A stretch of 64,000 bases of DNA from Patescibacteria group bacterium (lineage in GTDB: Bacteria; Patescibacteriota; Patescibacteriia; SG8-24), in the NCBI GenBank assembly GCA_041667185.1, contig JBAYFM010000001.1, positions 32,052 through 96,051 on the forward strand, in the 5' to 3' direction. The translations under genes were made by a program, and so were the position numbers. The notes beneath the pieces are model-generated. The model searched no databases. It was not told the DNA's origin and saw only the letters and a program-made list of their open reading frames with translations. This document shows positions 29,833 through 38,938 of this stretch, one piece after another. Numbering within the stretch: the stretch's first letter is position 1; each line of letters opens with the position of its first letter.

Positions 29833-31071
29833 ATGGCCGAAACCCGTTATCTCATCATCGGCGGCGGGGTCGCGGGGACCACGGCCGCCGATACCATTCG
29901 TAAACAGGACGCGACTGGCGCGATCACGATCGTCTCCGACGAGCCGTACCGGTTCTATTCGCGTATCATGATCTCCAAGCTGCATTATTTCCTGGGGAAG
30001 GTTCCGGCCGACCAGATCTGGCTGAAAAAAGAGGAATGGTATCGCGATAATCGCGTGAATCTGATCGCTGGGCGCACGGCCGCGAAACTGGATACGGCCG
30101 CCAAGACGGTGATCCTCGATGACGGCACGATGCTCGGCTATGACAAATTACTCCTGGCCATCGGCATCCGCGCCCGGCGCTGGACTGTGCCTGGTTCCGA
30201 CAAACAGGGTATACATTACGTCCGGACGCTCGACGACTTCAAGGGCATCACGGCCGATGTGAAGACTGCCAGACAGGCGGTCGTGATCGGCGGCGGCGCC
30301 ATCGGTTTCGAGGTCTGCGAACTTTTCCAAGCTTCCGGCCTCGACACCACGCTCGTGATCCGCGAACCGCATTACTGGGATCCGGTGCTTGACGCCGGTT
30401 CCGGCCAGATGATCGAGAAAGCCCTGGAGAAGGCCGGCGTGAAGATCGTGCGCGGCAAATATGTGACTGAAGCCTACGGCGGCGAGCGGGTCGAGGGCGT
30501 CATCCTGGAGAGTGGCGAAAAACTTCCCTGTCAGATCGTTTCGGTCGGCATCGGCGGCGTCTGCCCGCTCGATTTCGCGAAAGCCGCCGGCCTCGCGACC
30601 AACCGTGGCCTCGTCGCCAACGAATATCTCGAGACCAGCGCGCCGGACATCTGGGCGGCGGGGGATTGCGCTGAGTACCAGGACCTGATCTTCGGCGAGC
30701 GGACGCAGTTCGGCAGCTGGAGCAACGCCCAGTCGCAGGGTCGCACCGTCGGCGCCAACATGTCCGGACGCCATGAACCCTACCGCCTCGTGACCTTCTA
30801 TGCCGTGAGCGGTCTTGGCTTGAGCATCGCCTTCATCGGCTCCGTGGCGCCGCCCGGCGCCGGCCGCGACGTCGTACCGCGCGGATCGCCGGAGGCTAAT
30901 TCCTACGCTCGGCTGCTCCTCAAGGACAACCGCATCGTCGGCGCGACCCTCATGAACCGCACCGCGGACATCGGTCCGATCTCGAAACTCATCGAGAAAC
31001 AGACGGACGTCGCCGGCCGCTACTCGGAGCTCGCGGACACGAATTTCGATCTCAAATCGCTTTTGTCGTAA
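29833..31071 (+). CDS. FAD-dependent pyridine nucleotide oxidoreductase (NADH:rubredoxin/ferredoxin reductase-like)
   Basis: IIGGGVAG, VIGGGAIGFE and ETSAPDIWAAGDCA. Confidence 0.88.
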   Translation: MAETRYLIIGGGVAGTTAADTIRKQDATGAITIVSDEPYRFYSRIMISKLHYFLGKVPADQIWLKKEEWYRDNRVNLIAGRTAAKLDTAAKTVILDDGTMLGYDKLLLAIGIRARRWTVPGSDKQGIHYVRTLDDFKGITADVKTARQAVVIGGGAIGFEVCELFQASGLDTTLVIREPHYWDPVLDAGSGQMIEKALEKAGVKIVRGKYVTEAYGGERVEGVILESGEKLPCQIVSVGIGGVCPLDFAKAAGLATNRGLVANEYLETSAPDIWAAGDCAEYQDLIFGERTQFGSWSNAQSQGRTVGANMSGRHEPYRLVTFYAVSGLGLSIAFIGSVAPPGAGRDVVPRGSPEANSYARLLLKDNRIVGATLMNRTADIGPISKLIEKQTDVAGRYSELADTNFDLKSLLS

Positions 31072-31083
31072 CCGACATTTTTT

Positions 31084-31578
31084 ATGGCCGCCACCGAACA
31101 GCCCAAGATCCGCATCGGCTGGTTCTCTTTCTCCTGTTGCGAGGACAGCACGATCGTTTTCACGGAACTCCTGAACGACCACTGGCAGGAGTGGAAGAAG
31201 ATCTTCGATTTTCGCCACGCCCGCGTCCTGAAGACGAAGAACGTGCTCGATGAGATGGATATTGCCTTCATCGAAGGAGCCATCGCGTCGGACAAGCAGG
31301 CCAAGGAAGCCGAGGAGATCCGCGCCTTGTCCAAAGTCGTCGTGGCCGTCGGCGCCTGCGCTTGCACCGGCATGCCTTCGGCCCAACGCAACGCTTTCAC
31401 CGACGAGCAGAAGCAGGAGATCGAATTCCTGCTCGCGCGTTTCGCCGCCTCGCCCAAGGTCCGCAAACTCTCCGAGGTGATCAAGGTGGATGCCGAGGTC
31501 GGCGGCTGTCCGATGGATCCGAAAAAATTCCTCGCCGCGGTCGACCAGCTGGTCGGCCAGTTCCGGGGCGCTAAGTAG
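31084..31578 (+). CDS. [NiFe]-hydrogenase small subunit, truncated to the proximal-cluster domain
   Basis: FSCCEDS, IEGAI, VGACACTG and GGCP; 164 aa. Confidence 0.85.
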   Translation: MAATEQPKIRIGWFSFSCCEDSTIVFTELLNDHWQEWKKIFDFRHARVLKTKNVLDEMDIAFIEGAIASDKQAKEAEEIRALSKVVVAVGACACTGMPSAQRNAFTDEQKQEIEFLLARFAASPKVRKLSEVIKVDAEVGGCPMDPKKFLAAVDQLVGQFRGAK

Positions 31579-31586
31579 AACCGGTT

Positions 31587-32879
31587 ATGCATACTTTCGA
31601 CCTGAGTCTCGAACACGTCACCAAGGTGGAGGGCGCCGCGAACGTCAACGTCAAAGTGAAAGACGGCAAAGTGGAGTCGGTCCGCTACGAGATCGCCGAG
31701 TTCAAGCGCTTCTACACGCGCGGCATCGAGGGCAAGCCGCTCATGGCCATCCCGCAGCTCCTGGCGCGTATCTGCGGCACCTGCTCGAACGCACATCTCC
31801 TGTGCGCCATCGAAGCCTGCGAGCACGCGCTCGATCTACAGCCTACGCCGCAGACCATGCTGCTCCGCGAGCTCACCATGTGCGGGCTCAACATCCGTGA
31901 CCACGCGCTGCATCTCTATCTGTTCGTCTTGCCGGACATCGTCGGCAAGGACGCATTGCTGGAGTTCGACGAGAACGACCCGGTCCAGCATCAGATGCTG
32001 CACGACGCTTTCGACATCAAGGCCGCCGGCAATTTCCTGGCCGAGCTCGTGGCCGGACGTTCCGTCCATGCGGTCTATCCGACGCTCGGCGGCTTCCTGA
32101 AGTTCCCGGACAAGGCCGGCGTGGAAAAAGCGATCAAACTGCTCGAGTCGGTCCGTCCGGCGGTCCTGCGCACGGTCGAGATCTTCGAAAAAGCGCCATT
32201 CCATCTGGATCGCAAGACCAATTACATGGCGCTCGTGCCCAAGGATCATTTCGGATTCATTGACGGCGAGATCCATGACAGCTTCGGCCACGTCGTGCCG
32301 GAGTCCGGCTTCCGCGATCATCTTGAACACGTCGTCCTGCCGTATTCGCAGGCTTCGGCTTACAAACATGAAGGCAAATCCTACATGGTCGGGTCGCTCG
32401 CGCGCCTGAATCTGGCCAAGGACCTGCTGCACGCGAAGACGAAAGAGTCGCTCAAGGAAACACTGAAACTCTTCCCCTCGACCGACATCTTCTACAACAA
32501 TCTGGCTCAGGCCATCGAGATCCTGCACTGCCTCGACCGGGCCGTGGACGTCCTGAAGACCGTCGAGTTCAAGGCTGAACCGCTGGTGCGCATGCCGAAC
32601 AAGGCTGGCGTTGGCATCGGCGTCGTCGAAGCGCCGCGCGGCACGCTCTATCATCGCGTGGAGACCGACGAAAAGGGGAATGTGGTCAGAGGCGAGGTCA
32701 TCGTGCCCACCAACCAGAACCAGGTGAACATCGAGGAGGATGTTTGGAAGCTCATCCAGGACAACCTGGACAAGATGAGCCAGGAAGAGATGATCCACGA
32801 AATGGAGAAACTCGTCCGCGCCTACGACCCGTGCATGTCCTGCGCCGCGCACTTCCTGAAGTTGAAGTGGGAGGAGTAG
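31587..32879 (+). CDS. [NiFe]-hydrogenase large subunit (group 3b-related)
   Basis: TKVEG, L1 RICGTCSNAH, EAPRGTLYH and L2 AYDPCMSCAAH plus a short C-terminal extension. Confidence 0.92.
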   Translation: MHTFDLSLEHVTKVEGAANVNVKVKDGKVESVRYEIAEFKRFYTRGIEGKPLMAIPQLLARICGTCSNAHLLCAIEACEHALDLQPTPQTMLLRELTMCGLNIRDHALHLYLFVLPDIVGKDALLEFDENDPVQHQMLHDAFDIKAAGNFLAELVAGRSVHAVYPTLGGFLKFPDKAGVEKAIKLLESVRPAVLRTVEIFEKAPFHLDRKTNYMALVPKDHFGFIDGEIHDSFGHVVPESGFRDHLEHVVLPYSQASAYKHEGKSYMVGSLARLNLAKDLLHAKTKESLKETLKLFPSTDIFYNNLAQAIEILHCLDRAVDVLKTVEFKAEPLVRMPNKAGVGIGVVEAPRGTLYHRVETDEKGNVVRGEVIVPTNQNQVNIEEDVWKLIQDNLDKMSQEEMIHEMEKLVRAYDPCMSCAAHFLKLKWEE

Positions 32880-33014
32880 CCTGATCCGCCCGCATCTTAG
32901 AATCATGACGACCGCGCCGCTGGCGCGATCGTTTTAGTCTTCGCCGGCGGTCCGGCGCTTGACAGCTTTTCGTTCGCGATCCATAATGGATAATGATTAT
33001 CCACAAGGAATAAT

Positions 33015-33431
33015 ATGCCAATGAGTCCCAGCGAGATCGCGATCAGGGTGAAGCGCTTCGAGGCCGAGTGCCGGCGCCGCCGCCTGCCGCTCACGCCGCA
33101 GAAACGCGCTGTCTTCGAGGCTGTCGCCTCGACCGACCGCCATCCTACGGCGCAGGAGCTCCACGTCGCGATCCGCCGGCGGCTGCCCGATCTGTCCTTC
33201 GCTACGGTCTATAAGAATCTGGCTCTGCTCTCCAGCCTCGGCCTCGTCCGCGAGTTCCGGATCGGCGGGGGAGTCTCCCGGTTCGACGCGAACACCGGCG
33301 TCCACGCGCATGTCTATAGCCTCGGCTCGGACACGCTCCGGGACGCGGATGTTCGCGGGCCGTTGCCGCTCCCCAAAGGAGTGAAGGCTGGTTCGGTCGA
33401 CAGCATCCTCTTGGTCTATTACGTCCATTAA
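33015..33431 (+). CDS. Fur/PerR-family regulator
   Basis: LTPQKRAV, HPTA, SFATVYKNL and RFDAN..HAH. Confidence 0.88.
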   Translation: MPMSPSEIAIRVKRFEAECRRRRLPLTPQKRAVFEAVASTDRHPTAQELHVAIRRRLPDLSFATVYKNLALLSSLGLVREFRIGGGVSRFDANTGVHAHVYSLGSDTLRDADVRGPLPLPKGVKAGSVDSILLVYYVH

Positions 33432-33446
33432 CGCATCAGCGAAAAT

Positions 33447-33974
33447 ATGTTGATCCTAGGAAAACCCGCGCCGGATTTCAAGGCCGTACCGGCCTACCAG
33501 ACCGGCGAATTCCGTTCCGTCAGCCTGTCCGAATATCGCGGGCATTGGCTCGTCCTGTTCTTTTATCCGCGCGATTTCACTTTCGTCTGCCCGACGGAAT
33601 TACGCGGATTCGCCGCGCACGAGCATGAATTCGAGAAGCTCGGCGCCAAGATCGTCGCCGCCTCGACCGATTCTCAGTGGTCGCATAAGGCCTGGTTCGA
33701 GCGCGACCTGCCGGAGGTGAAGTATCCGGTCCTGGCCGATACGGCGCTCAAACTCGCCGATGCTTACGGTGTCTTGAATGCCGATGATGGTTCCGCGGAG
33801 CGCGGACTCTTCATCATCGATCCGGAGGGGATCGTGCGCTACATCGTCGTATCGGCCTCGGCGGTCGGCCGTTCGGTGACCGAGACCCTGCGCGTCCTGC
33901 AGGCCCTGAAGAGCGGCGGACTTTGCCCGCTCGACTGGAAGGACGGAGAAAAAACGCTCGGCAAAGCCAAATAA
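33447..33974 (+). CDS. ahpC: 2-Cys peroxiredoxin
   Basis: FFYPRDFTFVCPTE, RGLFIIDP, VGRS and LCPLDW. Confidence 0.92.
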   Translation: MLILGKPAPDFKAVPAYQTGEFRSVSLSEYRGHWLVLFFYPRDFTFVCPTELRGFAAHEHEFEKLGAKIVAASTDSQWSHKAWFERDLPEVKYPVLADTALKLADAYGVLNADDGSAERGLFIIDPEGIVRYIVVSASAVGRSVTETLRVLQALKSGGLCPLDWKDGEKTLGKAK

Positions 33975-34082
33975 GGGTTTTGCCAAAATGCTTGTCGTGA
34001 GACCGGTGATTGGGCCGCTAGCGGCCGGTCATCGGCGACCCGTTGCTTCGGCTCGGGTCGAAAGGTTAAATTCATCTATCTT

Positions 34083-34499
34083 ATGAAACATAGTTTTGTC
34101 TTGTTAGGGGTACTCGCCGGCTCCGTACTTTTAGTTGGCGCCGGTTGTGCCGGCCAGACAACGGTCAGGACGCAAACAACGGAGCGTCCGGCGGCCGTTG
34201 CCGCTCTATCCGTCCCTCCGGCAGCCAATGCGCCGGATCAAGCTTCAGCGAGGGAAATCACTGCGGCTGAGGTCGCGAAACATAAGACGCCGGATGATTG
34301 TTGGCTCGCCATCAACGGCATCGTCTACGATGTTTCCGGTTACGCCACGAAGCATCCCGGCCGGGAGGCGGTCTACGCCGGTTGCGGTCGGGACGCGACG
34401 GTCCTTTTCGAGACCCGTCCGATGGGTTCCGGAACGCCGCATTCGGACAAGGCCAGGGCTTACATGAAGAATTACGAGATCGGAACGTATAAGCCGTAG
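34083..34499 (+). CDS. Cytochrome b5-domain lipoprotein
   Basis: LVGAGC lipobox; EVAKH...DCWLAING.VYDV...HPG...HS..A. Confidence 0.88.
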   Translation: MKHSFVLLGVLAGSVLLVGAGCAGQTTVRTQTTERPAAVAALSVPPAANAPDQASAREITAAEVAKHKTPDDCWLAINGIVYDVSGYATKHPGREAVYAGCGRDATVLFETRPMGSGTPHSDKARAYMKNYEIGTYKP

Positions 34500-34579
34500 C
34501 CACGGATAATTGCCGCCCGACGAAAAGACCGCGCTCCGACGCGGTCTTTTAGGTTATCGCAACGGTGGTGCGGCCCGGG

Positions 34580-34951
34580 TCAGCCATTCATCAGCGAATT
34601 TCGGATGAAGTCGAGCGCTTTCCGCAGCTCTATGCCTGGCGGCAGGCCGATGATGCGGAGATTTTTCAGTCGTCCGAGTTTTTGCAGCCATTTCAGGTTG
34701 GCGTAGGCGTCGAAGTCATGCGTAGTGAGGCGTGGCGCGGCGGCGAAGGCGTCCAGGGAAGCGAAGATGCGCGGTTCGGCGATGCCGACGACTGTGTCGA
34801 TGACGGTCAGTTCCGACGGCACCTCCCACTCTTCATTCGGATCTTTTATTTCAAAAACAACGTCCGGTCGGAGTTTTTGGAGTTCTGGAATAAGTTTCAG
34901 CGGCAGGGAATCTTCCGGTAGGTCGGGATTTCCGAAAATATAGACGATCAT
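34580..34951 (-). CDS. Hydrogenase maturation protease-like protein, short and divergent
   Basis: IFGNPDLPEDS resembles GN...DD; also IDTV and TTHDFD; near the hydrogenase genes. Confidence 0.6.
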   Translation of the reverse strand: MIVYIFGNPDLPEDSLPLKLIPELQKLRPDVVFEIKDPNEEWEVPSELTVIDTVVGIAEPRIFASLDAFAAAPRLTTHDFDAYANLKWLQKLGRLKNLRIIGLPPGIELRKALDFIRNSLMNG

Positions 34952-34953
34952 AA

Positions 34954-35427
34954 AAGTGCTGAAGTTGGGGAGTGCTGGAGTGCTGAAGATTGAGTTATCC
35001 GACCTGTTTAGCAAGTGCCGCCAGTCCAGCGCAAAGACCCTCATAGCGGCAGATCAATCCGGCCGCCTCGGTTTCTGATAAGAATCCCAGGTCTTTGGCC
35101 AGGAGAAGAAAGTATTCGGTTTCTTTCGCCGACCCGCGAGCGATGGAAAGGAAATTTTTGAACTCTTTTTTACCGGAACGTCCGTAGCCTTCAGCGATAT
35201 TGGCGCCGACTGATGTTGTTGAGCGTCGAATCTGTTGTGTAAGTCCGAATCTTTCTGTCATCGGAAAGGAGCTGGTGACCCGGTAGATCGACAAGGACAA
35301 GGCGCGGGCCTCTTTCCAGACGCGAAGGTTGCGGTGAGCACTATCGGTCATACGCCGCCGGACGTTGCCCCACCTGTCTAAAATAGTCAAATCTCCGGCA
35401 CTCCAGAACTTCAGTACTTCAGCACTT
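34954..35427. repeat. ~38-bp imperfect inverted arms of 8-mer repeats (34954-34991 and 35390-35427) enclosing the four-helix-bundle gene
   Basis: Left aagtgctg aagttggg gagtgctg gagtgctg aagatt; reverse complement of right aagtgctg aagtactg aagttctg gagtgccg gagatt. Confidence 0.88.
34995..35351 (-). CDS. Four helix bundle protein (23S rRNA IVP/bAvd-like family)
   Basis: LRVWKEA...FP.TERFGLTQQIRRS..SVGANIAEGYGR...FL.IARGSAKET. Confidence 0.92.
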   Translation of the reverse strand: MTDSAHRNLRVWKEARALSLSIYRVTSSFPMTERFGLTQQIRRSTTSVGANIAEGYGRSGKKEFKNFLSIARGSAKETEYFLLLAKDLGFLSETEAAGLICRYEGLCAGLAALAKQVG

Positions 35428-35429
35428 GG

Positions 35430-36161
35430 TCAGATCGTCTTATTGGCGAGGGCAATGTGTTGTAGAGTGTATTTCCTCAATTGGGCCGCCTGCGCTTCGG
35501 AAATCACCTCGCAGGGCACGCCCCAGTGGACGCTCACGAGTTCGCCAGGCTGGATCTGTTCGATGTCCGAGCGCGCCTCGAGGCTGCGCCGGACCTGGCG
35601 TTTCGCCGGCTCGCCGAGCGCCAGTTTACCGCTGATCAAGAGCAGTGGTTCGGTCTCGATCATGATATTCGGACCGTCAACTTCCAGCACTTTGCCCCAG
35701 CTGATGCGGCATTCTTCCATGCTCTCGAGCGTGTGGGCGATCGGTAAATGCCCGGTCCGCTTCCAGATGTCGAGTACGTGGAAGGAGTGATGCGGCATGG
35801 CACCCTTGGCGATCTTGTCCTCGACCAGTTCGAACGAACGCGCATCAAGTTTCTTTTTCATCTGCAGGTTCTCGGCCAGGTGGCGGTGCAACCGTTGTTT
35901 GCCGACATTCTCCAGAAGTTCGTTGCCGATCCAGTAAGCCTCGACCACGCGGTCGTCGAAGGGGTCGCGGACACCGTTCGCGGCGGCGATAGTCGCGAGA
36001 TAGGGGAACATCGTGGCGAAACCGCGCATCAGCGCCGCAAGTCCGGGATCGGTCGCACCTTCGTTGATGTACGCCAAAATCTCCTGATTGGCGTCAGGTC
36101 CGCAATAATGCAGGCGATTCGGTCCGAAAGCGTAGCGGCTGCAGCGGAGCACTCCGTCCAT
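35430..36161 (-). CDS. DUF6390-like protein with a HypC-like C-terminal segment
   Basis: RYAFGPNRLHYCGP, VVEAYWIGN, PHHSFHV, CRISWG and GELVSVHWG. Confidence 0.7.
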   Translation of the reverse strand: MDGVLRCSRYAFGPNRLHYCGPDANQEILAYINEGATDPGLAALMRGFATMFPYLATIAAANGVRDPFDDRVVEAYWIGNELLENVGKQRLHRHLAENLQMKKKLDARSFELVEDKIAKGAMPHHSFHVLDIWKRTGHLPIAHTLESMEECRISWGKVLEVDGPNIMIETEPLLLISGKLALGEPAKRQVRRSLEARSDIEQIQPGELVSVHWGVPCEVISEAQAAQLRKYTLQHIALANKTI

Positions 36162-36269
36162 AGGTCTGCTTAGCCAGTAGTTAACGCGATCAGTTTACAC
36201 TAATCCGGTCCAGCATTGAACAACATCCGGCCTCAGGGTATACTGTAGAAGTTAATCACCGCCTTAATT

Positions 36270-36746
36270 ATGACAACTGAAAAATATCTTAAGATCGCCC
36301 TGCCCCTCACGCTCGCCGGCGTCCTGTTCTCCGGCTATCTGAGCGGCATCAAGTTCTTCAGCGGCATCTGCGCCTTCAAAGAAGCCTGTCCGACCTTCCT
36401 TGGATATCCGGCCTGTTATTATGGCTTCGCGATGTTCTCGACCATGTTCGTCGCCACGGTCATCGCTTTCGCCAAGAAAGCCGCCGGCCGCTGGCCGATC
36501 AGGCTGAACCTGATCGTGTCCGTCATGGGCATGATCTTCTCCGGCTCCTTCACGGTGCGCGAGATGGCGGTCTGGTTCACCGAGGGCTTCAAGTCGTTCG
36601 GCCTCCTCGGACTCTCGACCTGCGCCTATGGTTTCGTTTTCTTCATCATCGTCTTCGTTTTCTCGCTGGTTTCCTGTCTGAAGCGGGTCGCCTCCGACAA
36701 AGCCGCGGCTCCGGTCGTTCCGCCGCCAGCACCGCCGCAGGCCTAG
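36270..36746 (+). CDS. VKOR/DsbB-like four-TM thiol-redox membrane protein
   Basis: FSGYLS...CAFKEAC..FLGYPACYYG...LSTCAYG. Confidence 0.55.
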   Translation: MTTEKYLKIALPLTLAGVLFSGYLSGIKFFSGICAFKEACPTFLGYPACYYGFAMFSTMFVATVIAFAKKAAGRWPIRLNLIVSVMGMIFSGSFTVREMAVWFTEGFKSFGLLGLSTCAYGFVFFIIVFVFSLVSCLKRVASDKAAAPVVPPPAPPQA

Positions 36747-36915
36747 GCAGCGTCAGATAAGATATCGGAACAACCCGGCTCATCAGCCGGGTTGTTTGTT
36801 CAGGCGTCGGAGAGTGCAGAAGCAGGGGGTTCGGGAGTGTGGTAAAATACAGTTAAGTGCTGGGTGGATCACAAATCAGGTCTCCCGCACTCCTTCACTC
36901 CCGCACTCTTTCTCT

Positions 36916-38739
36916 ATGTCCCCAGAAGACATCATTCCGTTGATCAGCGACAATGCCCGGCTCGTGCTTGAGTCGCGATATTTGCTGCGGGACTCGAAAG
37001 GCAAACTGATCGAGACTCCAGCCCAGCTCTTCCGCCGCGTAGCGCGGGTGATCGCGGTCGAGGAACGGCATTATGGCGCGACGGCGGCCGAGGCCCGCAA
37101 CTGGGAGAATCTGTTCTACGCCATGATGGCGCACGGCGAGTTCTTGCCGAACACGCCTACGCTCATGAACGCCGGCGCCTCGCTCGGCCAGCTTTCGGCT
37201 TGCTACGTCATTCCGATCAAGGACTCGGTCGACAGTATTTTTGACGCGCTCAAAGCCGCGGCCGAGGTCCATAAGTCTGGCGGCGGCACCGGCTTCGATT
37301 TCTCCGAGATCAGGCCGCGCGGCGATCTCGTGCGTTCGACCGGCGGCATCGCTTCCGGCCCGGTCAGCTTCCTGCATATCTTCGACGCCGTGACCGACGT
37401 CATCCGCCAGGGCGGCAAGCGCCGCGGCGCCAACATGGGCGTGCTGCGCGTGGACCATCCGGACATCCTGGAATTCATCGAGGCTAAGTTGCATGACGAA
37501 TGCCTGCGCAACTTCAACGTTTCAGTCTCGGTCACGGACGCTTTCATGCGCGCCGTCGCCGCCGGCCGGAACTACAAATTATACAATCCCCACACCGGCA
37601 AGGTCGCGGCTGAACGCCCGGCGCGCGAGATCTTCGACAAGATCGTGGCCGCGGCCTGGCGCACGGGCGACCCGGGTATCCTCTTCATCGACGCGATCAA
37701 CCGTCTGAACCCGACGCGCCACATCGGTCCGATCGCTTCCACCAATCCCTGCGGCGAAGTGCCGCTCCATCCCTGGGAGTCCTGCAATCTCGGCTCGATC
37801 AACCTGTCGAAACTGGTCGCAGGCGAACCGCTCAGCGGCAAATTCGACTGGCTCCGGCTCAAAGGGCTGGTCCACGACGCCGTCCGTTTCCTTGATGACA
37901 TCATCGACGCGAATCGTTTCCCGCTGGAGCAGTGCGCCGCCGCCGCCCGAGACAATCGCCGCATCGGTCTGGGCATCATGGGTTTCGCCGAGGCCCTGAT
38001 CCATCTCGGCATTCCGTATGATTCCGATGAGGCGTTGAAGTTCGCTGACCGCTTGATGGGCTTCATCGAGCGCGAGGGCCACGCCGCTTCCGCCGAGCTC
38101 GCCCGGCAGCGCGGCAGCTTCCCGAATTTCCGCGGTTCGCTCTGGCAGAAGCGGGGAGCGAAACGGATGCGCAACGCCACGATCACGACGATTGCGCCGA
38201 CGGGGACGATCTCGGTCCTGGCCGGCTGTTCATCCGGCATCGAGCCGTTGTTCGCCGTTTCTTTCGTCCGGCACGTCCTTGAGGGTCAGCATCTCGTCGA
38301 GACCACGCCGCTGTTCCGCGAGGTCGCCAAAAAACGCGGCCTCTGGAACACCGAGCTTGAACTCCGCGTCGCGGCCAATGGCTCGGTCCAGGACGTGGAG
38401 GGTCTGTCCGCCGCGGAGAAGCGGATCTTCCGGACCGCGCACGAGATCAATGTGGCGCATCATGTCCGGATGCAGGCGGCTTTCCAGCGCCACACCGACA
38501 ACGCCGTCTCGAAGACCATCAATCTGCCGGAGACCGCCTCGCCAGCCGAGGTCCGCAACGCCTATCTCGAGGCCTGGAAATTGAAGTGCAAAGGCATCAC
38601 CGTCTATCGCGACGGCAGCAAGACGAATCAGGTGCTCACGACCGGCGCGGCGGCGGGCGGCAAGAAGGACCTCGTCGGCGCTGGCAGCGAATACGCCGGC
38701 GGCTGTCCGGCCGGCGTGTGCGCGTATATGCCGACGTGA
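36916..38739 (+). CDS. nrdJ: Adenosylcobalamin-dependent (class II) ribonucleotide reductase
   Basis: PNTPTLMNAG, QLSAC, GGKRRGANM, TNPCGE, APTGTIS, SKTIN and KGITVYRDG; C-terminal CxxxC. Confidence 0.92.
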   Translation: MSPEDIIPLISDNARLVLESRYLLRDSKGKLIETPAQLFRRVARVIAVEERHYGATAAEARNWENLFYAMMAHGEFLPNTPTLMNAGASLGQLSACYVIPIKDSVDSIFDALKAAAEVHKSGGGTGFDFSEIRPRGDLVRSTGGIASGPVSFLHIFDAVTDVIRQGGKRRGANMGVLRVDHPDILEFIEAKLHDECLRNFNVSVSVTDAFMRAVAAGRNYKLYNPHTGKVAAERPAREIFDKIVAAAWRTGDPGILFIDAINRLNPTRHIGPIASTNPCGEVPLHPWESCNLGSINLSKLVAGEPLSGKFDWLRLKGLVHDAVRFLDDIIDANRFPLEQCAAAARDNRRIGLGIMGFAEALIHLGIPYDSDEALKFADRLMGFIEREGHAASAELARQRGSFPNFRGSLWQKRGAKRMRNATITTIAPTGTISVLAGCSSGIEPLFAVSFVRHVLEGQHLVETTPLFREVAKKRGLWNTELELRVAANGSVQDVEGLSAAEKRIFRTAHEINVAHHVRMQAAFQRHTDNAVSKTINLPETASPAEVRNAYLEAWKLKCKGITVYRDGSKTNQVLTTGAAAGGKKDLVGAGSEYAGGCPAGVCAYMPT

Positions 38740-38938
38740 GGAGTGGGGAAGTGCGGGAGAGACGGAGCCACGTCGTTCGCGAACGACGTGACGGAGCCGT
38801 GTCGCTCGCGAGCTATACGGCGGAGTGCTGGAGTGCGGGAGTGCAGGAGAGCTGAAGGTTTGAGATCAAACTCCAGCACTTCAGAACTTCAGTACTCCAG
38901 CACTCCCACACTTAATCTCTCCCTGACTCCGCAACTCG
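38740..38938. repeat. Nested 8-mer arrays including a gene-less hairpin (38822-38906) matching the arms around the four-helix-bundle gene
   Basis: ggagtgct ggagtgcg ggagtgca ggagagct gaaggtttga ga tcaaactcc agcacttc agaacttc agtactcc agcactcc. Confidence 0.85.

Noticed and set aside
34995-35351. Diversity-generating retroelement (Avd-like gene)
   Set aside because: No reverse transcriptase and no TR/VR pair with adenine-specific mismatches were seen in the window.
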